A DNA stretch of 64,000 nt from NCBI GenBank assembly GCA_963702205.1, contig OY969724.1, forward strand, positions 1 through 64,000, written 5' to 3'. Position 1 is the first letter of the stretch. Each line of letters opens with the position of its first letter. The DNA is from an uncultured candidate division Zixibacteria bacterium (lineage in GTDB: Bacteria; Zixibacteria; MSB-5A5; GN15; PGXB01). This document shows, one piece after another, positions 1 to 8,844 of this stretch. Under the pieces are notes generated by a model. That model had not been told where the DNA came from. It ran no database searches and worked only from the letters and a program-made list of their open reading frames with translations. Made by a program: the position numbers and the translations under genes.

Positions 1-15
1 AAGAGGAGAATTGCA

Positions 16-1338
16 TTGTCGATAGGAGATATATTCCATTTTTTGAAAGAGGATGTGTGGAGGATCAGCCTGAAGGAGCTTCCTTCAAGGAAATCCGCGT
101 TAATCAAAAACTTGAGGATCGTCCTCCTTGCCTTCAAGGGATTTAATGAAGACAAATGCGCCTTGAGGGCAAAAGCCCTTACCTTTTATTTCCTTATGTC
201 AGTTGTTCCTCTCGCAGCTTTTGCTTTTGGCATAGCAAAGGGATTTGGTATGCAAAAGGTCCTTAAAGATGAACTTATAAAAAGCCTTCAGGGGCAGGAG
301 GCGGTAGTAAATTATATAATAGGTTTTGCAGACAAAATGCTTGAACAGACAAAAGGGGGACTTATTGCCGGGATCGGTATAGTTCTGCTTATTTATACTG
401 TTTTTAATCTGCTGCAAAATATAGAAACATCCTTTAATGACATATGGGGTACCCCGCATTCGAGGACCTTCAGCCGGAAGCTCAGCGATTATCTGTCAGT
501 TCTTTTTATTGCACCCATTCTGTTTGTCCTTTCCAGCGGTATAACAGTGTTTATTAAAACACAGATCACACTCATTATTGCAAAAATTTCTTTGCTGGGG
601 CACATCAGCTCGTTGATCTTTTTTTCTCTCAAACTACTTCCCTTTATTGTAACCTGGCTTCTCGGGACTTTTGTATATATATTTATGCCCAATACGAGGG
701 TAAGATTTAGGTCCGGATTTTTAGGGGGGGTAGTTGCCGGTACCATGTACGTTATCTGGCAGAATATTTATATTGCCACTCAAATAGGTGCGTCAAGATA
801 TGGCGCCATATATGGAAGCTTTGCCGTCATACCGCTTTTCATGATATGGCTTCAGATAAGCTGGCTGATTGTGCTTTTTGGCGCTGAAATAGCCTTTGCA
901 CACCAGAATGTTGACACATATGAAATGGAGCCACTTTCCGAGACTGTCAGCATTTCCCTTAAAAAAATGCTGGCATTGCGGATAGCAAATATATGCGTTA
1001 AAAATTTTGTCAAGGGCGAAGACCCATGGTCAGCCGAAAGAATCGCAGAGACCCTTGAGCTTCCTGTCAGGCTGACGAATAAGCTGCTTTCTGATCTTGT
1101 AAAATGCCATGTCCTTTCCGAAACAGAAGGCGAGGATGAAAGGATGTCCTATTATCAGCCGGCCAGGGATGCAGGTACGCTTACCATCCATTATGTCGTG
1201 AGCGCCCTTGAGAAACTGGGGAATGATGATATTACATATGCGGAATCAGCGGAGCTGGAAAAAATAAAAGAATATTACGAAAAATTTGATGCTATAAATA
1301 ATGAATCTGATGCGAATATACTGCTCAAGGATATCTGA
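16..1338 (+). CDS. YihY/BrkB-family membrane protein with C-terminal winged-helix-like extension
   Basis: ALTFYFLMSVVP, IETSFNDIW and YGAIYGSFAVIPLFMIWLQISW motifs; multiple TM segments; GAGGAG RBS before TTG start. Confidence 0.9.
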   Translation: MSIGDIFHFLKEDVWRISLKELPSRKSALIKNLRIVLLAFKGFNEDKCALRAKALTFYFLMSVVPLAAFAFGIAKGFGMQKVLKDELIKSLQGQEAVVNYIIGFADKMLEQTKGGLIAGIGIVLLIYTVFNLLQNIETSFNDIWGTPHSRTFSRKLSDYLSVLFIAPILFVLSSGITVFIKTQITLIIAKISLLGHISSLIFFSLKLLPFIVTWLLGTFVYIFMPNTRVRFRSGFLGGVVAGTMYVIWQNIYIATQIGASRYGAIYGSFAVIPLFMIWLQISWLIVLFGAEIAFAHQNVDTYEMEPLSETVSISLKKMLALRIANICVKNFVKGEDPWSAERIAETLELPVRLTNKLLSDLVKCHVLSETEGEDERMSYYQPARDAGTLTIHYVVSALEKLGNDDITYAESAELEKIKEYYEKFDAINNESDANILLKDI

Positions 1339-1648
1339 TGAATGAATCCTTTTAAATCAGGCTTCTACCCAGAAGTTCTTCAAGTTTTTTTACGTTCCTG
1401 CCTTCCTCTTTTATAATTTTGTCCAGGCCGGCAAGGACATTTCTGTCATCCACAAAACCCTTTATCATTTCATAGAAAAGTATGGTGTCTTTTTCAAATT
1501 CAAGGGAGATTTCCAGAAGGGTGTTAATATCATTTATCCTGGAAAAATCTGCGTCATCCATTGAAAAGGCCTGTTCTCCAAGTACGCTGTTGAGTATTTC
1601 TCTGCCCATCTCTTCAAGCACCGGATCCTGGATCTTTTCATTGATTCC
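1338..1648. repeat. 311-bp imperfect direct repeat, copy 1
   Basis: ATGAATGAATCCTTTTAAATCAG...CATTGATTCC matches 4310-4620 at offset 2972. Confidence 0.95.
1352..1648 (-). pseudogene. 3' fragment of ferritin-like (rubrerythrin-family) gene, duplicate of the 3' part of 4324-4791
   Basis: Near-identical to 4324-4620; lacks N-terminal half; EEGRH changed to EEGRN. Confidence 0.85.
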
Positions 1649-2394
1649 TGAGTTTCATAGACTCCTCCTTTGGCCTGAAAATGCGGCTCAATTCACCGGA
1701 AATCGCCGGGCCAAGAGCTGACGCAATAACTGAAGCAAAAATACCGAGACCCGCCACGATCAAGGAAATTGTGAAGAGGCGCGCCTCCCGTGAATCAGGC
1801 ACGATATCTCCATACCCCACAGTTGAAAGGGTAATCACAACATAATAAAGAGCCGTGACAATATCGGATATTTTTTGACGAAAACCGTTTCCCAGTAAAA
1901 GAGTGCCGAATGTTCCGTACACCATTATAATGACTATACCGCTGAGTGAAATCAATGAACCCCCCAGCATGGTGCCGCGGTTGAAAGCCCTCTGCAAAAC
2001 CAAAAGCGCTACCAGGATGGCCACAGGGATCATGAGCCCGACCCCCGTACTGACCCCGTATAAATTCGATGCCTGCCATCGGTATGAGCATGAGAATCGC
2101 AAACACCCAGCCTACACGCAGGCGCCATAACAGACCTGTTCCCGCAAAAACCAGGCCGATTCCCAGTATCAGCCTGGTCCCTATGCCCAGCAGGGCCATT
2201 GACTGGGCAACCCCGGAGACTGCGGGAAACTGGCGGAGCTGTCCAAACTCGTTTCTGAGAACGCTCAGTACATTGAGTATCCCCACAAATATCAGAGCTA
2301 TTCCCAGAGGCCATTGGGGCCACAGCCTCAATATGCGCTTGAACCGGTGATGCCGGCTTTTAAGTTTATGCGTTGCAGCCTGGGGTGTATTCAT
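1638..2394 (-). pseudogene. Kch-like potassium channel, frameshifted and truncated before its RCK domain
   Basis: TLSTVGYGD selectivity filter; frameshift at C5 run 2042-2046; ends MKLRNQ* where it joins the ferritin fragment. Confidence 0.8.
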
Positions 2395-2566
2395 GACACC
2401 GGGCTATCCGTCTTTCTTCGAGGTCAGTAAAAAATCCTATCCCCTGGATACAGGGAGAAATAAGGGGAATGGAGATAATTATCAAATATGGAAAATAAAA
2501 CACAATCAGGGCATTCCTGTATCTGCCTTATAAAATTGCATTAATTTTCTACAGGCGTTTCAGCCG

Positions 2567-2869
2567 CTATTCTTCCTGCAATTCGTGATACTTGAAATTA
2601 CCCATCTCAGAGAATCTAAAATTATAAAATACATTATGTCCATTATAATCAAGCACTCTGAGGTCATCCGATTGACTGAGATCTCCGATTATGACATTGA
2701 AATGATTGCCATAGCGCTGTTTTACAAGATCCAAGGGAACCTCAGCCATGATGAATTTTTTAATCCCCTTTGCCAAAAGTTTTTCAGTCAGACTGGTATG
2801 ATCCAGCGATTCATAACTGGTCAGAATCAGAATAGGACCTGTACCCGTAAAAAAAATACCTGCCTTCAT
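2567..2869 (-). CDS. Small hypothetical cytosolic protein
   Basis: 100-aa ORF with AGGAGG RBS. Confidence 0.75.
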   Translation of the reverse strand: MKAGIFFTGTGPILILTSYESLDHTSLTEKLLAKGIKKFIMAEVPLDLVKQRYGNHFNVIIGDLSQSDDLRVLDYNGHNVFYNFRFSEMGNFKYHELQEE

Positions 2870-2982
2870 TATTTAGCCTCCTTTTTTAAATATTATTATA
2901 CATTATATATCTTATTCTCGATTTAGAAATCAGGTTGAGTATGTATCCGCAGCTTCTTTTTATGGTATTATTTTCTTCTTGT

Positions 2983-4062
2983 GGAAAAGCACGGGGTCAG
3001 CCCTTTGGGAAAAGCACGGGGTCAGCCCTTGACTGTGACGTTTTGATTTGATACAACCTCCCACATCTAATCTAAGGTATGGGAGGTTTATCATGGCAAG
3101 GGCATTACGGGCAGAGTATGAAGGCGCTTTTTATCATGTAACGAGCCGCGGAAACGATCGTAATAGAATTTTCTTTAATAAAACAGACTACGCGAAGTTC
3201 AAAACCTACCTTGAAGAAGGCATTAATAAATTTGGATACAGGCTCCATGCCTATGTATTGATGGGCAATCATTATCATCTTCTTTTAGAAACACCAAATG
3301 CCAACCTCAGCAAAATAATGCATTATTTAAACAGTTCTTATACAACCTACATAAATATAAAGAGAGACAGAAGCGGACATCTATTCCAGGGAAGGTTTAA
3401 AGCCATTCTTATTCAAAAAGATAACTACCTGTTGGAACTGAGCAGGTATATGCACCTTAATCCGGTTAAAGCCGGAATGGTTGAAAAACCGCAGGATTAT
3501 ATTCATAGCAGCTATAAGTCTTACAGAGAAGAAAAAAAGGATGAAATAGTTTACCGAGAGTTAATTCTGAGTATGATATCAAAAAAAAGGAAACTGGCAT
3601 TCTCAAAATACAGGACTTTTGTTGAAGGTATAAAGATAGAAGAGCTGGAAAACCCTCTTAAAAATATATATGGAGGTTTTATACTCGGTTCAAAGTCATT
3701 TATCAAACAAACTCTTGATCTTCTGGATGATACTAGATTTGATAATAGAGAGACATCGCACAGGAAAATGCTGCGTAAAACTATTGAACCTGAAGATGTA
3801 ATTAAAACTGTATCGAAATATATATCTGTTCCGGTGAATGACATTTATAAGAAGAAAGGTGAGACCAGAGGCATCTTAATATATATGTTGAAAACCAACA
3901 CGGACATGACAAACACTGAGATTGGAAAATTGTTTGATGGATTGAGCTATTCCGCAGTATCGCAAATTAAAAAGAGATTTTCGGATGGTCCTATGAAAAA
4001 ACGATCTACGAAGAACAAGATTAAGGAAATACAGCAAATTCTCAATGTCAAGGGCTGACCCC
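2983..4062. mobile_element. RAYT locus bounded by 16-bp perfect inverted repeats
   Basis: GGGGTCAGCCCTTGAC (3018-3033) and GTCAAGGGCTGACCCC (4047-4062); left end tandemly duplicated (23-mer at 2983-3005 and 3008-3030). Confidence 0.8.
3093..4058 (+). CDS. REP-associated tyrosine transposase-like HUH (Y1) enzyme (RAYT/TnpA-REP) with C-terminal HTH
   Basis: YHVTSRGN, LMGNHYHLL (HUH), GHLFQGRF, YMHLNPVKAG motifs; GGGAGG RBS. Confidence 0.9.
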   Translation: MARALRAEYEGAFYHVTSRGNDRNRIFFNKTDYAKFKTYLEEGINKFGYRLHAYVLMGNHYHLLLETPNANLSKIMHYLNSSYTTYINIKRDRSGHLFQGRFKAILIQKDNYLLELSRYMHLNPVKAGMVEKPQDYIHSSYKSYREEKKDEIVYRELILSMISKKRKLAFSKYRTFVEGIKIEELENPLKNIYGGFILGSKSFIKQTLDLLDDTRFDNRETSHRKMLRKTIEPEDVIKTVSKYISVPVNDIYKKKGETRGILIYMLKTNTDMTNTEIGKLFDGLSYSAVSQIKKRFSDGPMKKRSTKNKIKEIQQILNVKG

Positions 4063-4309
4063 TAGTTTCTATGAGCTGCCCCAGATCAAACTGACAGATG
4101 TTGTATTACCTACAAGGAATGGAAAAGAGATCAGATTAAGATGTGTAGGAACTCCAACAAAACATCAACTGATATTACTGCAGCGATTAAAATTAGTTAT
4201 GCCAAAAAGATTTTTAAAACAGAATTTGTAGTGCCGACTTTTTAATCCTGATCATGTAATATCAATAACTTAGAACAGTTTTACCCCTCTAACTGCGGAA
4301 GTTGGGCTA

Positions 4310-4620
4310 ATGAATGAATCCTTTTAAATCAGTCTTCCACCTAGAAGTTCTTCAAGTTTTTTTACGTGCCTGCCTTCCTCTTTAATAATTTTGTCCAGGC
4401 CGGCAAGGACATTTCTGTCATCGACAAAACCCTTTATCATTTCATAAAAAAGTATAGTGTCTTTTTCAAATTCAAGAGAGATTCCGAGAAGGGTATTAAC
4501 ATCCTTTATCCTGGAAAAATCTGCATCATCCATTGAAAAGGCCTGTTCCCCAAGTACGTTTTTGAGTATTTCTCTGCCCATCTCTTCAAGCATCGGGTCC
4601 TGAATTTTTTCATTGATTCC
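4310..4620. repeat. 311-bp imperfect direct repeat, copy 2
   Basis: Matches 1338-1648. Confidence 0.95.
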
Positions 4621-4791
4621 CTTTTTCATATTCAAAAACCATTTTTCATGTTCCTTTTCGTCATTCGCGAGCCATTCAAGTACTGAAGCAAGATCCTGGT
4701 TTTTTACCTCTTTTTGGGCTTTGCGATATGACTGTTCGCCATTTTTTTCTATTTGAATCGCCAGGTCAATTATTTCACCGAGACTAAACAT
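4324..4791 (-). CDS. Ferritin-like/rubrerythrin-family protein
   Basis: LAIQIEKNG, DEKEH, EFEKDTILFY, EEGRH di-iron motifs; GGGAG RBS before ATG 4791. Confidence 0.9.
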   Translation of the reverse strand: MFSLGEIIDLAIQIEKNGEQSYRKAQKEVKNQDLASVLEWLANDEKEHEKWFLNMKKGINEKIQDPMLEEMGREILKNVLGEQAFSMDDADFSRIKDVNTLLGISLEFEKDTILFYEMIKGFVDDRNVLAGLDKIIKEEGRHVKKLEELLGGRLI

Positions 4792-4880
4792 ATTTTTCTC
4801 CCATTGCAGTGCAAGTACAACCAGATAATCTGTTTTGTTCAAGCATAAGTCAAGTATGCAGGTATAACAAGAGGGAGGTT

Positions 4881-6260
4881 TTACTGATTCACAACAGCGG
4901 ACTGCAGTTCCCCTTCAACAGGCAGTTGAAAAATCTGCCCCGGAATATTCTCTATTATCTTTGGAAACTGCATTGTCTCGATCCCCAGCATGGTAAGGCT
5001 CTTTTTGACATGATCGGCATCCAGCCTTTCAAGTTCCTGGCCGACAAGGAATCTCGACATAAGGAGATCCGCGAGGTACACAATGCTTGTGAGTACATTG
5101 TCCGTTGATGAATTATCCGGGTTATGATGATTTTTTATTGCGTCAATAAGGTTGTCGGGTAAAGACCATTGTTCCGCAAGCATTGCACCGATATCATCGT
5201 GTGTAGTTCCGAATGTCTCCATTTCGGTTAAATACAGGTTTTCGTTGTCTATCTGCGTTCGTCGATAGAAAAAAGGGTAGGCGCTGCCCATGTACTGATC
5301 GAGAACAACCTTACCTATATCATGGAGAAGACCTGCAGTATATGCAATATCAGGTGGCAGGCATTGTGTTACCTGAGCCAGTTTTTCGCTTATCAGCGCG
5401 GTTCCAAGGGCATGATTGAACATCCCCCCCTTGCATTGCGAGTAGCCTTTATTGTTTCCGGCAAAAAAATCATTTAATGCTGCTGACATCACTGCCTTCA
5501 GCAGATTTTTTTCTCCCAGTAAAACGAGCACCCTGTCGATGGAATCGGTCTTTGATTTCATGTTGAAAAAGGCCGAATTGCAAAGCCTTAGCAGTTTTGC
5601 AGTAATTACCTGATCCTGTTTTACTTCGGATGCGATATCCTCCAGGCTGCTCCTGTTTTCACGCACCATTCTGATGATCTTGAATACTATCTGCGGGATC
5701 GAATGGATTTTTCTTATAGCCGCTTGAATCTCTTTAATATCGGGTTTTTCGACCTCCACGTCCATATGATCGGGAGGATCATAGATCGGATAAATGTCAC
5801 TTTCCATTGTATCAAGGTTTAAACTTAAACGGCAGCTGAAGTAACCGCCTGTTTCCCTGTTTATGACAGATATCCCTGCATTTCGTAAGATCTTTTCGGT
5901 TATCTCTACTGTCCTCCCTCCAATATCAAGGTCCATATCGGTCCTTGACGTATCTCCGACAAGCGCGCCTCCCGCAATGGTTGCCTCCAGGTCGGAGAGA
6001 CCTGAACCTCTGTTACACATATCCCTGATAAAAAGAGGAAGGCCGGTCATTGCATAATTGACAGGTTTCCCCAGGTAATCGATTCCGTCCGGTTCGGGAA
6101 GCAGCATGTGGATAAGGCCACCTATCTTTGCTTTTTTGTCACATAGTGCAAGACCTACGCATGTCCCCAGATATGCATTAAATATTTCATTCTTTCTTTC
6201 GCTTATTTTGTATTCTCCGGCAGGTATCGGGGATGCCGGGTATCTATAGTTTTGTAACAT
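4881..6260 (-). CDS. CheD-like deamidase fused to HDOD domain
   Basis: N-terminal LGTCVG and GGLIHMLLP; C-terminal LLRLCNSAFF, AGLLHDIGK, WSLP...IKNHH. Confidence 0.85.
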   Translation of the reverse strand: MLQNYRYPASPIPAGEYKISERKNEIFNAYLGTCVGLALCDKKAKIGGLIHMLLPEPDGIDYLGKPVNYAMTGLPLFIRDMCNRGSGLSDLEATIAGGALVGDTSRTDMDLDIGGRTVEITEKILRNAGISVINRETGGYFSCRLSLNLDTMESDIYPIYDPPDHMDVEVEKPDIKEIQAAIRKIHSIPQIVFKIIRMVRENRSSLEDIASEVKQDQVITAKLLRLCNSAFFNMKSKTDSIDRVLVLLGEKNLLKAVMSAALNDFFAGNNKGYSQCKGGMFNHALGTALISEKLAQVTQCLPPDIAYTAGLLHDIGKVVLDQYMGSAYPFFYRRTQIDNENLYLTEMETFGTTHDDIGAMLAEQWSLPDNLIDAIKNHHNPDNSSTDNVLTSIVYLADLLMSRFLVGQELERLDADHVKKSLTMLGIETMQFPKIIENIPGQIFQLPVEGELQSAVVNQ

Positions 6261-6358
6261 AAAATTTCTACTCCATAGTGTCTGATTGAATTGTAAACAA
6301 TAACAAGTCTGAAAACGTGATACTAAAAAAGAATGGGCAGAACATAGGCAGCAGGAGG

Positions 6359-8470
6359 TTATTTTGATCTCAGTACATTTTTCACCACCTTCAGTATTTT
6401 ATTTATTTCATAGGGTTTACTGATAAAATCCTTTGCACCCCATTCCTTTACGTCCAGCGCGGTTTCCTGAACATTATATCCGCTTGCAATAATGATCTTT
6501 GCCTTTGGATTGATAGAAAGTACGGCTTCGACAAGCTTTTTGCCGCCAATCCCTGGCATGATAAGATCCGAGATTATAAGGTCTATCTTGTCTACATTTT
6601 CCGAATAAATATTGATGGCTGTTTCACTATCGGAAGAAGTAAATACCCTGTAGCCAAACTGAGTCAGTATCTCTTCTCCGAGTGCTCTGGTTGCGTCATC
6701 GTCCTCAATAAACAGGATATTCTCATTTCCGCCCCTGGGCGCGGGTGCTTCAACTGTTTTGGAGCTAACATCTCCGATGTTTTCAATTGCCGGGAAGTAT
6801 ATCATAAAGGATGTTCCTTTTCCGGGGGTGCTGTTACACAGTATATGACCTCCATGGCTCTTTACTATACCGTAGACCATTGAAAGCCCGAGTCCGGTGC
6901 CTTCCCCGATGTTCTTTGTTGTAAAAAAAGGTTCAAAAATATGTTCGAGCGTGGCACTGTCTATACCGGTGCCATTATCCGATATCGTGAGCAGGGTATA
7001 TTCACCTGGGGATATACCCGGTATTTTTATGCAGCCTATCTCATCGATTATGGCTGGTTCGGTCTTAAACTCCAGTTCACCGCCTTCGGGCATGGCATCC
7101 CTGGCATTTATTCCTATATTCATCATGATCTGTTCGAGCTGGTTGGGATCCGCATTTATCATACCGATACTGTCATCCAGATTCAGCCTGATATTGATCA
7201 TTTTGGGGATAGTGCGTTTAAGGAGCTGGGATACCTGATCAATTTCCTGGTTCAGGTTGACAGGTCTTGTTTCATTTTCCATTTTTCTACCGAAGATCAA
7301 CAGCCTTTTAGTCAGTTTCCCCGCACGTTGAATAGCCTTTTCAATAGTTTTCAATTTTGAATAATCAGGATCATCCTGCTTTTTACTTATAAGGAGCATT
7401 TCTGTGCAACTGAAGATAGCCTGAAGACTGTTGTTAAAATCGTGGGCTATACCGCCGGCCAGTGTGCCTATTGCCTCCATCTTCTGTGCCTGAATCAGTT
7501 GCCCTTCAAGCTGTTTTCTCTCACTTATGTCCCTCAGCAGATAAAGTATTCCGGCAGGGTTTCCCTCATGGTCATCATACCTTGAAATACTCAGGCTGAC
7601 CTCAAGCACACGGTTGTCTTTTGTATATCTTCTCGTTTCGATATCCTGCCAGGAATTTCCTGAATTTATGATCTCCGATATCATATGGTTATGTTCAGGT
7701 TTCACAGCGGCGGGAATGAAAGGTATTTCTTTACCCTCTATTTCATCCGGGGTCCATCCGAAAATCTGCGTAAAAGAAGGATTTACATAACTTGTTTTAC
7801 CGTTTAAATCCGAGATAACTATGGCATCGGCTGAGGAATTAATAAGAGATCGGTATAATTCCTCCGCTTTTTTTGATTCTTCATAGAGTTCTCTGTATTT
7901 TCTTTCACTTTTTTCCAGGGCGCGGAGGGCATTTTTCCTTTCCCAGTAGGTGCTGATCATGCCGGAAATAACATTGAATGTCTGGACTTCTTCACCCAGC
8001 CATTCCCTGGGGTGTTCGAGGTCCTCAAATGAGATTACGCCAAAAAAGGAGTTTGAAGGTGAATAGATCGGAACAGCCAGTATTGATCTGATATTCCTGG
8101 ATGTAAGAAGCCTTCTCTCATGTTCGTTATCCCCGCGCATAACAGCCATATCCGGAACCATTATGATATTGTCATTCTTAAGCCGGTCCAGGAGCCATTT
8201 CTGGAAGTGCTCATCAGAGTCCTTTTTTTCATGTTTTAACAATGCCGCCGGAAGGCACCATTCATGGATCTCTCTGACTTCTTCCCTGTCGAATGTTGTA
8301 CATATGATGCATGTACGGCTTACCGAGGCGGCCTTTCCGATAATGGAAAGCACATCTTGCAGATCAATCCTGTCGGAAGATAAGAATATCTTCGAAATTT
8401 TTGATACTGTTTCCTCAAGCGCTAATCTGTTTTTAAGCCATTCTTTTGTTAAGACACTGCCCGGTAACAT
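6359..8470 (-). CDS. Hybrid sensor histidine kinase (GAF-PAS-HisKA-HATPase-REC)
   Basis: AGGIAHDFNN H-box, NARDAM, FEPFFTTK, GTGLGL, REC DLIMP; start placed at ATG 8470 after GAGG. Confidence 0.93.
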   Translation of the reverse strand: MLPGSVLTKEWLKNRLALEETVSKISKIFLSSDRIDLQDVLSIIGKAASVSRTCIICTTFDREEVREIHEWCLPAALLKHEKKDSDEHFQKWLLDRLKNDNIIMVPDMAVMRGDNEHERRLLTSRNIRSILAVPIYSPSNSFFGVISFEDLEHPREWLGEEVQTFNVISGMISTYWERKNALRALEKSERKYRELYEESKKAEELYRSLINSSADAIVISDLNGKTSYVNPSFTQIFGWTPDEIEGKEIPFIPAAVKPEHNHMISEIINSGNSWQDIETRRYTKDNRVLEVSLSISRYDDHEGNPAGILYLLRDISERKQLEGQLIQAQKMEAIGTLAGGIAHDFNNSLQAIFSCTEMLLISKKQDDPDYSKLKTIEKAIQRAGKLTKRLLIFGRKMENETRPVNLNQEIDQVSQLLKRTIPKMINIRLNLDDSIGMINADPNQLEQIMMNIGINARDAMPEGGELEFKTEPAIIDEIGCIKIPGISPGEYTLLTISDNGTGIDSATLEHIFEPFFTTKNIGEGTGLGLSMVYGIVKSHGGHILCNSTPGKGTSFMIYFPAIENIGDVSSKTVEAPAPRGGNENILFIEDDDATRALGEEILTQFGYRVFTSSDSETAINIYSENVDKIDLIISDLIMPGIGGKKLVEAVLSINPKAKIIIASGYNVQETALDVKEWGAKDFISKPYEINKILKVVKNVLRSK

Positions 8471-8597
8471 TTCAACCTCAGAGTAAAAATCACAATCAAT
8501 AATGCTTCTGGTATATGAACTGGCGGTAGATAAAAACAATAATCCGGATATCTCAACCCCTATTAGATTCTATAACCGGGTTAACAGCCCTAAATGC

Positions 8598-8613
8598 TTC
8601 AATTATTATGCCA
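8598..8613 (-). promoter_or_regulatory. Putative sigma-54 promoter for the hybrid kinase
   Basis: Minus strand TGGCAT-AATAA-TTGAA (GG-N10-GA variant of GG-N10-GC). Confidence 0.55.
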
Positions 8614-8777
8614 GATTATACAGCCGGGAACTGTAAAGACGCAGGTGCCCTCATTTTGACTCTATTTATGAGTGAAGTGTCCGAAATGATAGAGGATATG
8701 CTGAAACCGTGTTTTATCGCGAGAGGTAGATACAGGAGCGAATGACTGGTGAATATGTTATGTGTAAAGTCATAATG

Positions 8778-8825
8778 TGTAACATGTGTAACATTTTAAC
8801 TGTTTTGTAATGTTACACTGTTACA
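8778..8825. promoter_or_regulatory. Palindromic TGTAACA/TGTTACA array, putative enhancer (UAS)
   Basis: TGTAACATGTGTAACATT...AATGTTACACTGTTACA, about 170-210 bp upstream of the sigma-54 motif. Confidence 0.55.
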
Positions 8826-8844
8826 TGTTAAAGCAGACCTTCGA

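Noticed and set aside
2050..2059. ACGGGGTCAG (minus strand) in the channel gene matching the RAYT end
   Set aside because: Only 10 bp inside coding sequence; chance match likely
2983..3030. CRISPR array
   Set aside because: Only two copies with no real spacer and no cas genes; no CRISPR array seen anywhere in the window
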